This document shows positions 11,325-23,037 of a DNA stretch of 64,000 nt, one piece after another (position 1 is the first letter of the stretch; the number at the start of each line of letters is the position of its first letter). The DNA comes from a bacterium. GTDB lineage: Bacteria > Zhuqueibacterota > Zhuqueibacteria > Residuimicrobiales > Krinioviventaceae. Made by a program: the position numbers and the translations under genes. The stretch spans positions 4,864,001 through 4,928,000 of the forward strand of contig OY843751.1 of assembly GCA_963693055.1 (NCBI GenBank), given 5' to 3'. The notes under the pieces were generated by a model. It was not told where the DNA came from. It saw nothing but the letters and a program-made list of their open reading frames with translations, and did no database searches.

Positions 11325-12002
11325 TCAATCATCGCCACGTAAAAGGATCAATCGCAAGAGCTGCAAGATAGCCATGGCAGCAGCGGCTACATATGTTAAA
11401 GCTGCAGCATCCAACACTTTTTTAGCTCCCTTTACTTCATCCTGGCGTAGATAACCACCATTACTCAACTGGGCCATTGCCCTGCTGCTGGCATTAAACT
11501 CTACCGGAAGCGTAACCAGATGGAAAAGAACCGCACCGGCAAATACAATAATTCCCAGGTCTATCAGGGGTTTCATACTGAACAGAAAACCAATAAAAAA
11601 CAAAGGAATACCCAAGGTTGATCCCAGATTTGCTACCGGGAATATCGTCTGCCGCCAGCTTAGAGGCGCATAAGACAAACTGTCTTGAATGGCATGACCG
11701 GTTTCATGCGCGGCTACACCTAACGCAGCAAGCGAAGATGAATGATATACATCACTTGACAGACGCAGTTTTTTACTACGAGAGTCATAATGGTCTGTTA
11801 AAGACCCTGGCGTTTCTTCTACTGTAACATCATAAATATTATTTCTCTGTAATAAACTTTGCGCAACTTGCGCACCCGTCATACCCGATGCCGCTTTACG
11901 CTTGCTCATCTCATTAAAAGCACTCTTGACTTTAAATTGTGCATAAATTGTCAACGCAAGCGCCGGCAATATCAATATCATTGTAGAATCAAATAAAAAC
12001 AT
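11325..12002 (-). CDS. Membrane zinc metallopeptidase (YugP/Zn_peptidase_2 family)
   Basis: LTDHYD, AAHETGHAIQ (HExxH), TLPVEFNASSRA, AAALTYVAA. Confidence 0.92.
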   Translation of the reverse strand: MFLFDSTMILILPALALTIYAQFKVKSAFNEMSKRKAASGMTGAQVAQSLLQRNNIYDVTVEETPGSLTDHYDSRSKKLRLSSDVYHSSSLAALGVAAHETGHAIQDSLSYAPLSWRQTIFPVANLGSTLGIPLFFIGFLFSMKPLIDLGIIVFAGAVLFHLVTLPVEFNASSRAMAQLSNGGYLRQDEVKGAKKVLDAAALTYVAAAAMAILQLLRLILLRGDD

Positions 12003-12052
12003 ATTTCCTCCATATCGTTTTCATATTTGATGCACATACTATACAACAAGTT

Positions 12053-12250
12053 TCATTTGACAGAAAAAATTTTACTTTTCCTGCCGGGAATCACTAACAT
12101 CAAACCATATACAATTAAAAGAATGCCGGGAATCACTGGCAATACCAGGCCCAGAATTCCTATCAACAACAGAGGAATTGCATACAAGGATTTAGATCTG
12201 CGAAAATCACGAATCTCTTCTTTCAACTTTTTCTTTGCTCTAATTTTCAA
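12053..12250 (-). CDS. Small membrane hypothetical protein
   Basis: Hydrophobic GILGLVLPVIPGILLIVYGL hairpin; overlaps upstream ORF stop by 4 bp. Confidence 0.65.
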   Translation of the reverse strand: MKIRAKKKLKEEIRDFRRSKSLYAIPLLLIGILGLVLPVIPGILLIVYGLMLVIPGRKSKIFSVK

Positions 12251-12894
12251 ATAAATTCCTTAATAACCTTATCCAATTCCTTTTCGTAACCTGACAACCG
12301 TTTTTGTCTGTATTCCATTTCCTCGTTTTTGGTTTTTAGCGATATTAAACGCTCCTGCTGCAAAATGGTTTCACTTATACCGGCACCGGGACTAAAATAT
12401 CTCTGATAAAGCAGCATACCTGACAGGACCACAATACCCAGAATTAATACTGAATAAAAGAAAACAGAACGGTCAAATTGCGCCCAGATAAACATGCCCG
12501 CTATATATAAAAGGGTACACAAAATCTGAAAAACCAACAAAGACCGTTTTCGGATTTTGTATACCCTCACATCCTTTTGAATCTGACGGATATGTTCTTT
12601 TAGATCTGAAATATTTTCAAGTTCATTTTTTATTCGATTTTCAAGCGACGTGAGCGATACATCTTTGCGCATATTGATAATATCGCGCATGATTTGCGCT
12701 TTTTCAGACTTGGGGTTTTTATCAATAGCGATTCGATTAAAATACAAAGCCTGTTCAAGATCACCATCTTTGAGCTTGTTTACGGAAAGATTGTGGTAGA
12801 CGTAATCTGGCAGCCACTTTTTGTTCTCTGCAAACTTATAACCCAATCTGAACAAACCAATGGTAACAAAGGATGGAATTACAGGAAAAGGCAT
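12247..12894 (-). CDS. Hypothetical membrane protein (TPR-like helix, coiled coils, 2 TM)
   Basis: 215-aa ORF in operon; GDLEQALYFNRIAIDKNP TPR-like segment; two hydrophobic helices. Confidence 0.6.
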   Translation of the reverse strand: MPFPVIPSFVTIGLFRLGYKFAENKKWLPDYVYHNLSVNKLKDGDLEQALYFNRIAIDKNPKSEKAQIMRDIINMRKDVSLTSLENRIKNELENISDLKEHIRQIQKDVRVYKIRKRSLLVFQILCTLLYIAGMFIWAQFDRSVFFYSVLILGIVVLSGMLLYQRYFSPGAGISETILQQERLISLKTKNEEMEYRQKRLSGYEKELDKVIKEFI

Positions 12895-12907
12895 CTTTTA
12901 CGCTCCC

Positions 12908-13216
12908 TTATTTCAGGGCCAACGCTCTTTCTAAATATTCAACAGCTTTAGGATATTTTTCACGTACCTGCTCCCACTCCTGCTCTGACAGGTCTTTGGG
13001 TTCTTTGCCGGTCACTGTTTTGGCGCCGTCATATGCCAATTGGATCAAATCTTTATTGGCATTCATAACACCCAGGGTTGCTCCGGCAGCTTCAAGTACG
13101 CCATCTATAAAATCAACACCCATCGCGGATTCTAAGCCGCGTTCTACGATAAAGCCTGCAATGCCACCAACAGCACCGTGCGTTACACTCTTTTTTATGC
13201 GTTCAATTTTACTCAT
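12908..13216 (-). CDS. Hypothetical protein with glycine-rich amphipathic segment
   Basis: 102-aa ORF overlapping its neighbour; GAVGGIAGF...GVLEAAGATLG. Confidence 0.6.
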   Translation of the reverse strand: MSKIERIKKSVTHGAVGGIAGFIVERGLESAMGVDFIDGVLEAAGATLGVMNANKDLIQLAYDGAKTVTGKEPKDLSEQEWEQVREKYPKAVEYLERALALK

Positions 13217-13427
13217 TGTTCTTTTTTTCCTCCGTTTCTATAGTTTTCAGGGATTTTTTAATCAAATCATCCTTTTTCTGGATGATACCCTGTAAACGCC
13301 GAACTTCCCTCTCCAGTTCCCTCAAACGTTTGTTGCCAAAAATCATTCCATAGATCTTTTCAACAATTATTAAAACTGCAATAGCGATTACAATTCCAAA
13401 TACAAAACTAAGAACATCCAGCTGCAT
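13209..13427 (-). CDS. Small membrane-anchored coiled-coil protein
   Basis: N-terminal TM helix plus coiled coil; abuts the upstream gene. Confidence 0.6.
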   Translation of the reverse strand: MQLDVLSFVFGIVIAIAVLIIVEKIYGMIFGNKRLRELEREVRRLQGIIQKKDDLIKKSLKTIETEEKKNNE

Positions 13428-14321
13428 TTAAACTCTCTCTATTGTTTGTTCAGGTTCCAACGCCAGCTTTTTAACCATGATCAGGCGATTTTCTCCTTCA
13501 GGCATGATTTTATAACTAACTTCATCCATAGAACGTTTAATAATGGGTAAACCCATTCCACCACGTTTACGATTATCGACAGCTTCTTCGGCATCAAATA
13601 TCACCAAATCATCTACATTAAAGCCGTCTCCCTTATCATACACCGTAATACGTAAAATATTCGGATAGGTTTCTACTCCTACCTTGACCGATTTAGTAGG
13701 ATCAGAATGATAGGCATGTTCTATCACATTAATACACGCCTCATAAACTGATATTTTAATCTTACTTACATCAGCATCACCAAAGCCCATATTTCTCGAT
13801 ATATTTACAACAAAATCACATGCTTTATATAATGAATCTACCTTGCTGGGAATCTCAATAAAAACCTGACTTACAGCCTGTCCCTGATGTATGGATTCCA
13901 TCATTCGGTTATCTATTTCTATCTCTTCATCAAAATCCACATTTTTAGCGGACAAGATTCGCTCTTCAAAGCGATTAAGTACCGTATTTTCAAACACTTC
14001 ATCAGAGAGATAACTGAATGGTTCAAATATTTCAAAATCCCGTCGAGCATTATCTGAAATATTTAACAAATTAACATCTCCGCCCATACGCCTGGCTTTG
14101 GCTGTTATTTCAAAAATAGCAACAATCAGACTGGGTGGCAATTCATCCAGATTGGCTAAATCAAACAAAAAGAATTTCTTGTTTTCACGCAGACAGCTGT
14201 CAAATGCTGTTAATATCTCCGGCACCAAAGAAATATCTTTGGCATTTACCAGAGGTTTTAACTTTATAATTTCTTCATAAGCACTGACTTTGCTAATTTC
14301 TACCAGTTCTTTTTCCATCAA
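13428..14321 (-). CDS. STAS (anti-anti-sigma-like) plus RsbW-type HATPase fusion
   Basis: N-terminal STAS-like (LFDLANLDEL...ARRMGGDVNLLNI); C-terminal EACINVIEHAY, DKGDGF, RGGMGLPIIKRSMDEV. Confidence 0.8.
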   Translation of the reverse strand: MMEKELVEISKVSAYEEIIKLKPLVNAKDISLVPEILTAFDSCLRENKKFFLFDLANLDELPPSLIVAIFEITAKARRMGGDVNLLNISDNARRDFEIFEPFSYLSDEVFENTVLNRFEERILSAKNVDFDEEIEIDNRMMESIHQGQAVSQVFIEIPSKVDSLYKACDFVVNISRNMGFGDADVSKIKISVYEACINVIEHAYHSDPTKSVKVGVETYPNILRITVYDKGDGFNVDDLVIFDAEEAVDNRKRGGMGLPIIKRSMDEVSYKIMPEGENRLIMVKKLALEPEQTIERV

Positions 14322-15973
14322 AAACTGTTTTCCTTTAATTGTCTTTTCATCACTTTACCCAGAAAATTACGTGGGAACCTTTCAACAAATTCAAACGATC
14401 GCGGTACTTTGGATTTTGCCAGTCGTTCTCTGCAGTATGTTTCCAGCTCCAGCTTGTCAGGCATTTCTGCGTCTTTTAAAATCAAAAACGCTTTTACTAC
14501 CTGACCATAATAATCGTCTTCAACACCCACAACAGCGGCTTCTTTAACCTGTGGATGGTCATTTAGAACCATCTCAATTTCTGCAGGATAAATACTTTCT
14601 CCACCATAAAATATAATATCTTTTTTGCGGTCTGCAATACAAAAAAATCCATCCGGATCAATACTTGCCAAATCTCCGGTTTTTAACCAACCCTCATCCA
14701 TCTTTACATGGCTTGTCTCCTCAGGACTTTGCCAATATTCCAACATAACCTGGGGACCTTTAACTTCAAGCTCTCCAATTTCACCAACAGGCAAAACTTT
14801 GCCACTTTCCACATCAACAATACGAGCATCTGTATTGGGCCAGGGTATACCAATACTTTTCTCTTTACGCTTCCCATATACAGGATTGCAGTGCGTAATA
14901 GGAGAAGCCTCGGTTAAACCATAACCTTCAATCAACTTGGCGCCGGTCAAATCTTCAAACTCTTGCTGAATCTTTAGTGGCAATGGTGCACCACCACTAA
15001 TACATACCCGCACAGGTAATGATTTTAGATCTCTTCGCTTCAATTCATCTATCATTGCTGAATACATTGTTGGCACTCCGGGAAAAATACCAACCTTGTA
15101 TTTAATTATATCATCCAGAATCCGTTTTACATTATAGCGCGGATATAACAATAAAACAGATTGTGTTTGTATTGCTAAATGATGACAAGCAGTCATACCG
15201 TAACTATGTATCAGGGGCAAAGCGCCTACTATTACTTCCTTACTCACTTGAAAATCAGTAATCCAATAACGCGCCTGCAAAGCGTTGGCCACCAGATTTT
15301 GGTGTGTTAATACAGCCGCCTTGGGTGTGCCGGTTACACCTCCGGTAAAGATCAAAACAGCAGGATCTTTGGGCGATATTGTTTCAAACTCTAGTTCTTT
15401 GTACTCATTCAACAATTCACGGAACAGTAAAACGGGTAGTTTCTTACAAGTCTCTTTTTGCTCGCTCACAAATTGTTTTTTGATTTGAAACGCTACATTC
15501 ATAAAAAACGGCATATAAGACTCTAAACCGGCTGCAATAATATGTTTTAACCGACTTTTACTAAATATTTCATCAACCTTGTTCAACTGCCTGTCTAGTA
15601 CTATAGCAATATCCGCACCACTTGTTTGCACCTGATGTAAAAGTTCACGTGGTGTCAATAACGGATTAACCAGGACACATATTGCACCCAATTTCAATAC
15701 AGCCCAATACGCTATTACAAATTGTGGAATATTGGGTAAAGCTAATACAATACGGTCACCTTTTTTGACTCCTACAGACAATAAACCCAATGCAAACCTA
15801 TCTACCAGATTTTGTAAATGCAAATAGCTGATATGCTTGCCAAAATATGCAAGCGCAGTTTGCTCAGGTGCCAGCCGTGCAGCATCATCCAGAAAACGAT
15901 TCAATGTAATATCCGGAATATCCAAGGTCTTGGGAACACCGGACTCGTAATTTTTAAACCAGCATTTATCCAT
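14318..15973 (-). CDS. fadD: Long-chain fatty acid-CoA ligase
   Basis: FTGGVTGTPKA, EGYGLTEASP, WLKTGDL, DRKKD AMP-binding motifs. Confidence 0.88.
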   Translation of the reverse strand: MDKCWFKNYESGVPKTLDIPDITLNRFLDDAARLAPEQTALAYFGKHISYLHLQNLVDRFALGLLSVGVKKGDRIVLALPNIPQFVIAYWAVLKLGAICVLVNPLLTPRELLHQVQTSGADIAIVLDRQLNKVDEIFSKSRLKHIIAAGLESYMPFFMNVAFQIKKQFVSEQKETCKKLPVLLFRELLNEYKELEFETISPKDPAVLIFTGGVTGTPKAAVLTHQNLVANALQARYWITDFQVSKEVIVGALPLIHSYGMTACHHLAIQTQSVLLLYPRYNVKRILDDIIKYKVGIFPGVPTMYSAMIDELKRRDLKSLPVRVCISGGAPLPLKIQQEFEDLTGAKLIEGYGLTEASPITHCNPVYGKRKEKSIGIPWPNTDARIVDVESGKVLPVGEIGELEVKGPQVMLEYWQSPEETSHVKMDEGWLKTGDLASIDPDGFFCIADRKKDIIFYGGESIYPAEIEMVLNDHPQVKEAAVVGVEDDYYGQVVKAFLILKDAEMPDKLELETYCRERLAKSKVPRSFEFVERFPRNFLGKVMKRQLKENSF

Positions 15974-16048
15974 GAAATTAGCAAATAATATGAAACAGAT
16001 TCATTTTACAATTTTTCAAATATAAAATATTTTTTTGATAAAAACAAA

Positions 16049-17569
16049 TCAGATAAAAGATTCGGGACCCTGTTGTAATACGGTAACATAGATACCTTTA
16101 ATACCAACTAACGGACATTTATACTCACAAATTCCACAACCCGTGCATAAATCTTGATTTACAAATGGAAATTTTACAGTTTCAAGACTGCCGTCTGGTT
16201 TTTGAACCTCTCTTACATCAAACTTTATCGCTTTTTCTGGCAAGGGACAATGTTCTTCGCATACCAGGCAATCTTGAAAATTGTTCCAGGGAATACATAC
16301 ATCCTTGTTAAAATATGCGGTTCCCATTTTTACTTTTTGTTTGTCTTGCAATGATAGGTTTTGTATTGCACCGGTGGGGCAAATCTGTCCGCAAAGATTA
16401 CAGCTATATTCACAATACCCGGATGCAAAATCCAAAACAGGAGACCAGAATCCTTCAATTCCTGCCTTAATAACTGCTGGCTGTAAACATCCGCCTGTTG
16501 AAGAACAAATTTTCACACACTCCTGACACCGAATGCAACGATCAAGAAAATCCAGCTCATCAAGCGATCCGGGAGGTCTCAAAGGGGTATTACCTGAAAC
16601 CGCCTGACGAGTTGAGCCTAGTACAACAGCGCCTACAACGCCGGCTGAACTGGATTTAATAAATTGGCGTTTACTGATATCAATTTTGTTGTTATCGTCT
16701 GGTTTTGAAAAGCGAAACGATATAGAACCGGGTTTACAGGCATCCACACAGTCGGCACATTCAATACACTCTACAACATGACTTGAATAATCATCTTCGA
16801 TTGCATTCATTTTGCAATGCGAAAAACATATTCCACATTGGGCACATGTTGAATCTACATAGCGATTTAATATCCGAAATTTAGAAAAAATACCCAGTAA
16901 CGCACCCAAGGGACAAATATTCCTGCACCAGAAACGTTTGCTGATCAAGGCAGCCAATAAAATCAGCAAGAAAATCAAAAGCACCAAAATACTCGAACTA
17001 AATGCTGGCTGCCGAACAGGCAAAACAGATTGCTGCAACAAATCAAATGTCCAATATACCGGTTCGTCTAAAAATTCAAATCTAAACAACACATTCAAGG
17101 TCCCATTCACAACCCAGACAAATGCAGGAAAAATCGTCAAAGTTAAAAATCGGGTAAGCAAAGCAATGGGATCAAAGAACCACACAAATTGCACCGAAAG
17201 CAGAGATGCAGAAATTAGAAAAAATAATATATAAAATTTAATATTATAAAGCTTTTTATCTCTCAAAAAATTTGAAATATTTTTCTTTTGAATAAAAATT
17301 TTATCATTTAAATCAATGCAAGTACCCAGGGGACAAATCCAGCCACAAAAGAATCTACCCAAAGGTATTGTCAATAAAAGGACAAAAAGCCCCGGCAATA
17401 TTAAACCCAGAGAACGCGCTGACAAGGCAGTTATTAATCCTATCAAAGGATCAATTCGTAAAAATAAATCAGCAGGGATAAATGACTCGTAAGGGAATCG
17501 AGCAAAGAAAAACAAGCTGATAAATAACAGCAAAAACAGGATTTGAGAGATTCTGCGATAGATTTTCAA
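16049..17569 (-). CDS. Membrane polyferredoxin (NapH/MauN-like membrane part fused to MauM/NapG-like 4Fe-4S part)
   Basis: GRFFCGWICPLG, RFWCRNICPLG, LRPPG, multiple CxxCxxCxxxCP motifs. Confidence 0.85.
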   Translation of the reverse strand: MKIYRRISQILFLLLFISLFFFARFPYESFIPADLFLRIDPLIGLITALSARSLGLILPGLFVLLLTIPLGRFFCGWICPLGTCIDLNDKIFIQKKNISNFLRDKKLYNIKFYILFFLISASLLSVQFVWFFDPIALLTRFLTLTIFPAFVWVVNGTLNVLFRFEFLDEPVYWTFDLLQQSVLPVRQPAFSSSILVLLIFLLILLAALISKRFWCRNICPLGALLGIFSKFRILNRYVDSTCAQCGICFSHCKMNAIEDDYSSHVVECIECADCVDACKPGSISFRFSKPDDNNKIDISKRQFIKSSSAGVVGAVVLGSTRQAVSGNTPLRPPGSLDELDFLDRCIRCQECVKICSSTGGCLQPAVIKAGIEGFWSPVLDFASGYCEYSCNLCGQICPTGAIQNLSLQDKQKVKMGTAYFNKDVCIPWNNFQDCLVCEEHCPLPEKAIKFDVREVQKPDGSLETVKFPFVNQDLCTGCGICEYKCPLVGIKGIYVTVLQQGPESFI

Positions 17570-17600
17570 AAGTAAATTTCCGTAATATTATTTTATTAAA

Positions 17601-18533
17601 TCATGCAGATAAATCGAGCGTATGAATTTTCAATTTTTCAAGATCAGCCACGCCTAATCCGCGTGCGGCAGCGTTTTGTAAATACTCTAGTTCCTGTGGG
17701 TGAATACCAAACAAATCAGTGGCACAAGCATCAGCAGCTACGCGGTCAGTGGATGCGATTACTGTTTTCTTTTCTTCAACATCATCAACATTGCCTCCCG
17801 AAGGACCGTTACGTAAAAGTACCCGATAAGCATCAATAATAGTAAGTGCAGTATGTATGCCTGTATTTACATCAACAATTGCTGTATGAAAGTTGCGGTG
17901 TAATTGTCCTCGGTCACCACCCAAAACACCCATAATATTTTTCATACCCAAAGTCAATCTTGAAACCGTGTGATCTTTGGCAATGGGTATATTGATCAAA
18001 ACATCAAAATCCAAAACATCTTTATAAACAGGCCATTTTTTTATTACTTCACCATTGGGGAAATCGACATCAACAAAGCGGCTGGCAACAATATGACGAA
18101 CCTGAGCTCCGGCATCTTGAGCTGCTTTTTTAATACCACTGTTACGATAACATCGTTTTGGCTCATTGCAGGTACGATCCAAAACCCTTATACGTTTTGC
18201 GCCTTGTTCTCTACACATTTTAATTACCTGAGCAACAATTTGAGGATTAGTATTGGCAGCCTGTTCCGGTACACGGTCCCAACCTATATTGGGCTTTATC
18301 AATACTGATTGTCCCTTTTTCACAAAACGCTGCATTCCCCCGAGATTATCAATAGCTTGTTTTACAAGAGTGGCTGGACTTTCATTTTGGGTTATCACAA
18401 CATCAGGTAATGATTGAATATCAGACTGAGCTAAAGCCAAGGCATAAACCCCTAAACCCGATATAGTGGCAGTTTTTATAAAATGTCTACGGTCTAATTC
18501 CTGCAAAACAGACCTCATTTCGGTTAAAAACAA
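17601..18533 (-). CDS. DUF362 domain protein with Tat-like leader
   Basis: DRRHFIK leader; VLIKPNIGWDR, TNP, INIPIAKDH, LTLGMKN, DRVAAD; exact start uncertain. Confidence 0.85.
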   Translation of the reverse strand: MFLTEMRSVLQELDRRHFIKTATISGLGVYALALAQSDIQSLPDVVITQNESPATLVKQAIDNLGGMQRFVKKGQSVLIKPNIGWDRVPEQAANTNPQIVAQVIKMCREQGAKRIRVLDRTCNEPKRCYRNSGIKKAAQDAGAQVRHIVASRFVDVDFPNGEVIKKWPVYKDVLDFDVLINIPIAKDHTVSRLTLGMKNIMGVLGGDRGQLHRNFHTAIVDVNTGIHTALTIIDAYRVLLRNGPSGGNVDDVEEKKTVIASTDRVAADACATDLFGIHPQELEYLQNAAARGLGVADLEKLKIHTLDLSA

Positions 18534-18558
18534 AAAAGGCCCGCAAGAGCGGGCCTTG
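18533..18558 (-). terminator. Intrinsic terminator after the TPR gene
   Basis: AAGGCCCGC-TCTT-GCGGGCCTTTTTT on the minus strand. Confidence 0.75.
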
Positions 18559-18563
18559 AAATT

Positions 18564-19586
18564 TTATAAACCTTTTTCAATCAACTCTAGCTCATATTGA
18601 GCGCTCTTGCGCCAACGGCTATCCCGTTCGGCGGCTTGAAAGAATTGCTTGGCTTGTGCAATATCACCAAGAGCTTTGCTTGCAACTCCTGCTTCGTAAT
18701 TTGCACCGCCTTTGTAATTTGCAGGCTTTACCAGGCAAGCTTTTGCAGCAGCAAGTGCTTCTGAATAATTGCCTTGCTTGTTATAAGCAGTAGCCAATTG
18801 AAAATTTGTACGAGCATCATCAGCTTTAACAGCAAGAGCATTTTGCAATGCCATAATAGCATCATCAAGTTTTCCCATTTCAATAAAAGTTTCACCCATT
18901 TGAGTAAAAGCTTTAATATAATTGGGTTTTACCTGAGTTGCCATTCTTAAATATTTAATAGCCTCTTCAAATGATTTGGTCTTGTTATAAACAAGAGCCA
19001 GATTGTACATTGAAGATTCACTTTGCGGATCAAGTTCGATTGCTTTTTTGTAAGCTTCAATCGATTTGTCATATTGACGCAAGCGATTATAAGCATTACC
19101 CATTGCAGAATAAGCCATATCATAACTGGGTTCAATATCTACAGCTTTTTGAAAGGTGGCAACAGAGTTTTCAAATTGCTTCAACTTGTTATAACTGAGA
19201 CCTTTTCCATAAAGCGCTTTACTGTAATTGGGATCAAGTTTCAACGCATCATCATACTTGGCAATAGCCGCATCATACTGACCTTTTTTGTATAATGTAT
19301 TTGCCTCGTTATACGCTTTTTTGGCATTATTAATTTTTTCCATTGCAGCAACATCTTGCTCAAGTTTTGATTTCAGTTCCTGCAACTCTTTTTGTGCCTG
19401 ATTATACTGCGGTAACAAAGCATCATATTCTTCTTTTTTAATGCCAGGTTTCGACATTTTTGCAGTAATTTCTTTTACTTCTCTAGCTTTGTCATTATAC
19501 TGTTGCTGCAGGTCTTGTGCTAAACCTGTTGATACTAAAACGAGAATTGCCATCAAAATAACAGCATAGATGTTTTTTCTCATCAT
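18564..19586 (-). CDS. Exported TPR-repeat protein
   Basis: Signal peptide plus about 6 canonical TPR repeats. Confidence 0.85.
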   Translation of the reverse strand: MMRKNIYAVILMAILVLVSTGLAQDLQQQYNDKAREVKEITAKMSKPGIKKEEYDALLPQYNQAQKELQELKSKLEQDVAAMEKINNAKKAYNEANTLYKKGQYDAAIAKYDDALKLDPNYSKALYGKGLSYNKLKQFENSVATFQKAVDIEPSYDMAYSAMGNAYNRLRQYDKSIEAYKKAIELDPQSESSMYNLALVYNKTKSFEEAIKYLRMATQVKPNYIKAFTQMGETFIEMGKLDDAIMALQNALAVKADDARTNFQLATAYNKQGNYSEALAAAKACLVKPANYKGGANYEAGVASKALGDIAQAKQFFQAAERDSRWRKSAQYELELIEKGL

Positions 19587-19629
19587 AATTCAATCCTTTA
19601 GTTTTGTTTCCCTGACCAATTTTACAATG

Positions 19630-19713
19630 TGCCGAAGGCGGGATTTGAACCCGCACGCCCGTAAAGGCACTACCCCCTCAAGATAGCGTGTCTACCAATT
19701 CCACCACTTCGGC
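19630..19713 (-). tRNA. tRNA-Leu(GAG)
   Basis: GCCGAAGTGGTGGAATTGGTAGACACGCTATCTTGAGGGGGTAG...GGTTCAAATCCCGCCTTCGGCA; long variable arm, anticodon GAG, CCA not encoded; usual position after secG. Confidence 0.95.
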
Positions 19714-19726
19714 AAAGAACATTTTT

Positions 19727-20104
19727 TTAATTTGCATCGGGCTGCGGTTGAGCTGCCGGAATTGTTTCTTGCGGCAATGGCTCTGCAACCTCGGGCAATG
19801 TACGTGCAGGTGATGACATTCTGCGTTGACGTTCCTGTTCAACCAGTCCCTGACCAACTTCACCGCCACGGGTTACCATACCCAATAACAGCGCTATGAC
19901 CATAAACATAGTGACCAAAATGGTTGTCATACGGGTCAGAAAAGGTGCTGAACCTTTACCACCAAAAACAGAACCCATAGAATCTACACCACCAAAAGCA
20001 CCTCCTGCCAGTCCGCCGCCTTTACCCGACTGGATCAAAACGACAAATACCAAAAGCAGGGCTGCAATTACAAAAACAACTGTTAAAATAGTCTGAATAA
20101 TCAT
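19727..20104 (-). CDS. secG: Preprotein translocase subunit SecG
   Basis: VLIQSGKGGGLAGGAFGG, two TM helices; tpiA-secG-tRNA-Leu synteny. Confidence 0.93.
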   Translation of the reverse strand: MIIQTILTVVFVIAALLLVFVVLIQSGKGGGLAGGAFGGVDSMGSVFGGKGSAPFLTRMTTILVTMFMVIALLLGMVTRGGEVGQGLVEQERQRRMSSPARTLPEVAEPLPQETIPAAQPQPDAN

Positions 20105-20128
20105 TATTACCTCAGTAAATTAAAGCAT

Positions 20129-20875
20129 TTAGGCATTGATAATACCCAAAAATGAGTCAGCTTTGAGTGCCGCGCCACCGATTAAACCACCGTCTATATC
20201 AGGTTGTCCTAATAATTCTTTAGCGTTATCAGGCTTCATGCTGCCACCATACTGGATACGAGTTGCGTCTGCAAGCGCTTGATCATACAACTCGGCCATC
20301 AAATCACGAATCATTTTGTGTACTTGCTGAGCCTGTTCGGGAGTAGCTACTTTACCGGTACCAATAGCCCATACAGGTTCATAAGCAATAACAATTTTAC
20401 CTGCGTCTTCTTTGGAAAGATCTTGAAATGCTCCACGTACCTGCTTTGTTACAACCTTATCGGTATCACCAGATTCACGTTCTTCAAGTAGTTCGCCTAC
20501 ACAAACAATAGGAATCAAACCGGATTCCAAAGCCTTTTTTACTTTTTTATTTACAGTTTCATCTGTTTCATTAAAATATTGCCGACGTTCAGAGTGTCCA
20601 ATAATGACATATTGACAACCGACGGATTGCAACATTCCTGCACAAACCTGTCCGGTAAAAGCTCCATAATTTTCCCAGTACATATCCTGTGCACCAAGAC
20701 CAATAGGTGTACCATTTATTACATTATGTACTGCATATAAACTTGTAAATGGTGGACACAAAACAACATCCACATCATGGTTATCATATGTATCTTTGAT
20801 CGCTTGTGCCAACTCTACCGCTTCTTCTACGGTAGTATTCATTTTCCAGTTACCGGCAATTATTCTCTTTCTCAT
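20129..20875 (-). CDS. tpiA: Triosephosphate isomerase
   Basis: IAGNWKMN, IIGHSERR, AYEPVWAIGTG, YGGS. Confidence 0.98.
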   Translation of the reverse strand: MRKRIIAGNWKMNTTVEEAVELAQAIKDTYDNHDVDVVLCPPFTSLYAVHNVINGTPIGLGAQDMYWENYGAFTGQVCAGMLQSVGCQYVIIGHSERRQYFNETDETVNKKVKKALESGLIPIVCVGELLEERESGDTDKVVTKQVRGAFQDLSKEDAGKIVIAYEPVWAIGTGKVATPEQAQQVHKMIRDLMAELYDQALADATRIQYGGSMKPDNAKELLGQPDIDGGLIGGAALKADSFLGIINA

Positions 20876-20892
20876 AGTCCTCTTCTCATTTC

Positions 20893-20918
20893 ACAGGACC
20901 GCATCACTGCGGCCCTGT
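20893..20918. terminator. Hairpin between gap and tpiA (possible terminator or processing site)
   Basis: ACAGGACCGCA-TCAC-TGCGGCCCTGT imperfect inverted repeat; no strong T-tract on the minus strand. Confidence 0.4.
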
Positions 20919-20970
20919 TTATATTTCAACAATTAAAATTTCTTCAAGTTCCTGTAATATTGAAAAAATA

Positions 20971-22934
<1,964 letters not shown>

Positions 22935-23037
22935 TTATGGTCCCTTCGTAAACTATTGTTTTTTATAAAACGACATTTATTAAAGCTATTAAATGTAAAC
23001 CTGTAAAATTAAGAATAAAATAGGAAAATGTCAAGAA

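Noticed and set aside
19630-19713. tRNA-Leu as an integration site for a mobile element
   Set aside because: No integrase and no duplicated tRNA 3' end noticed; the downstream TPR gene looks native.
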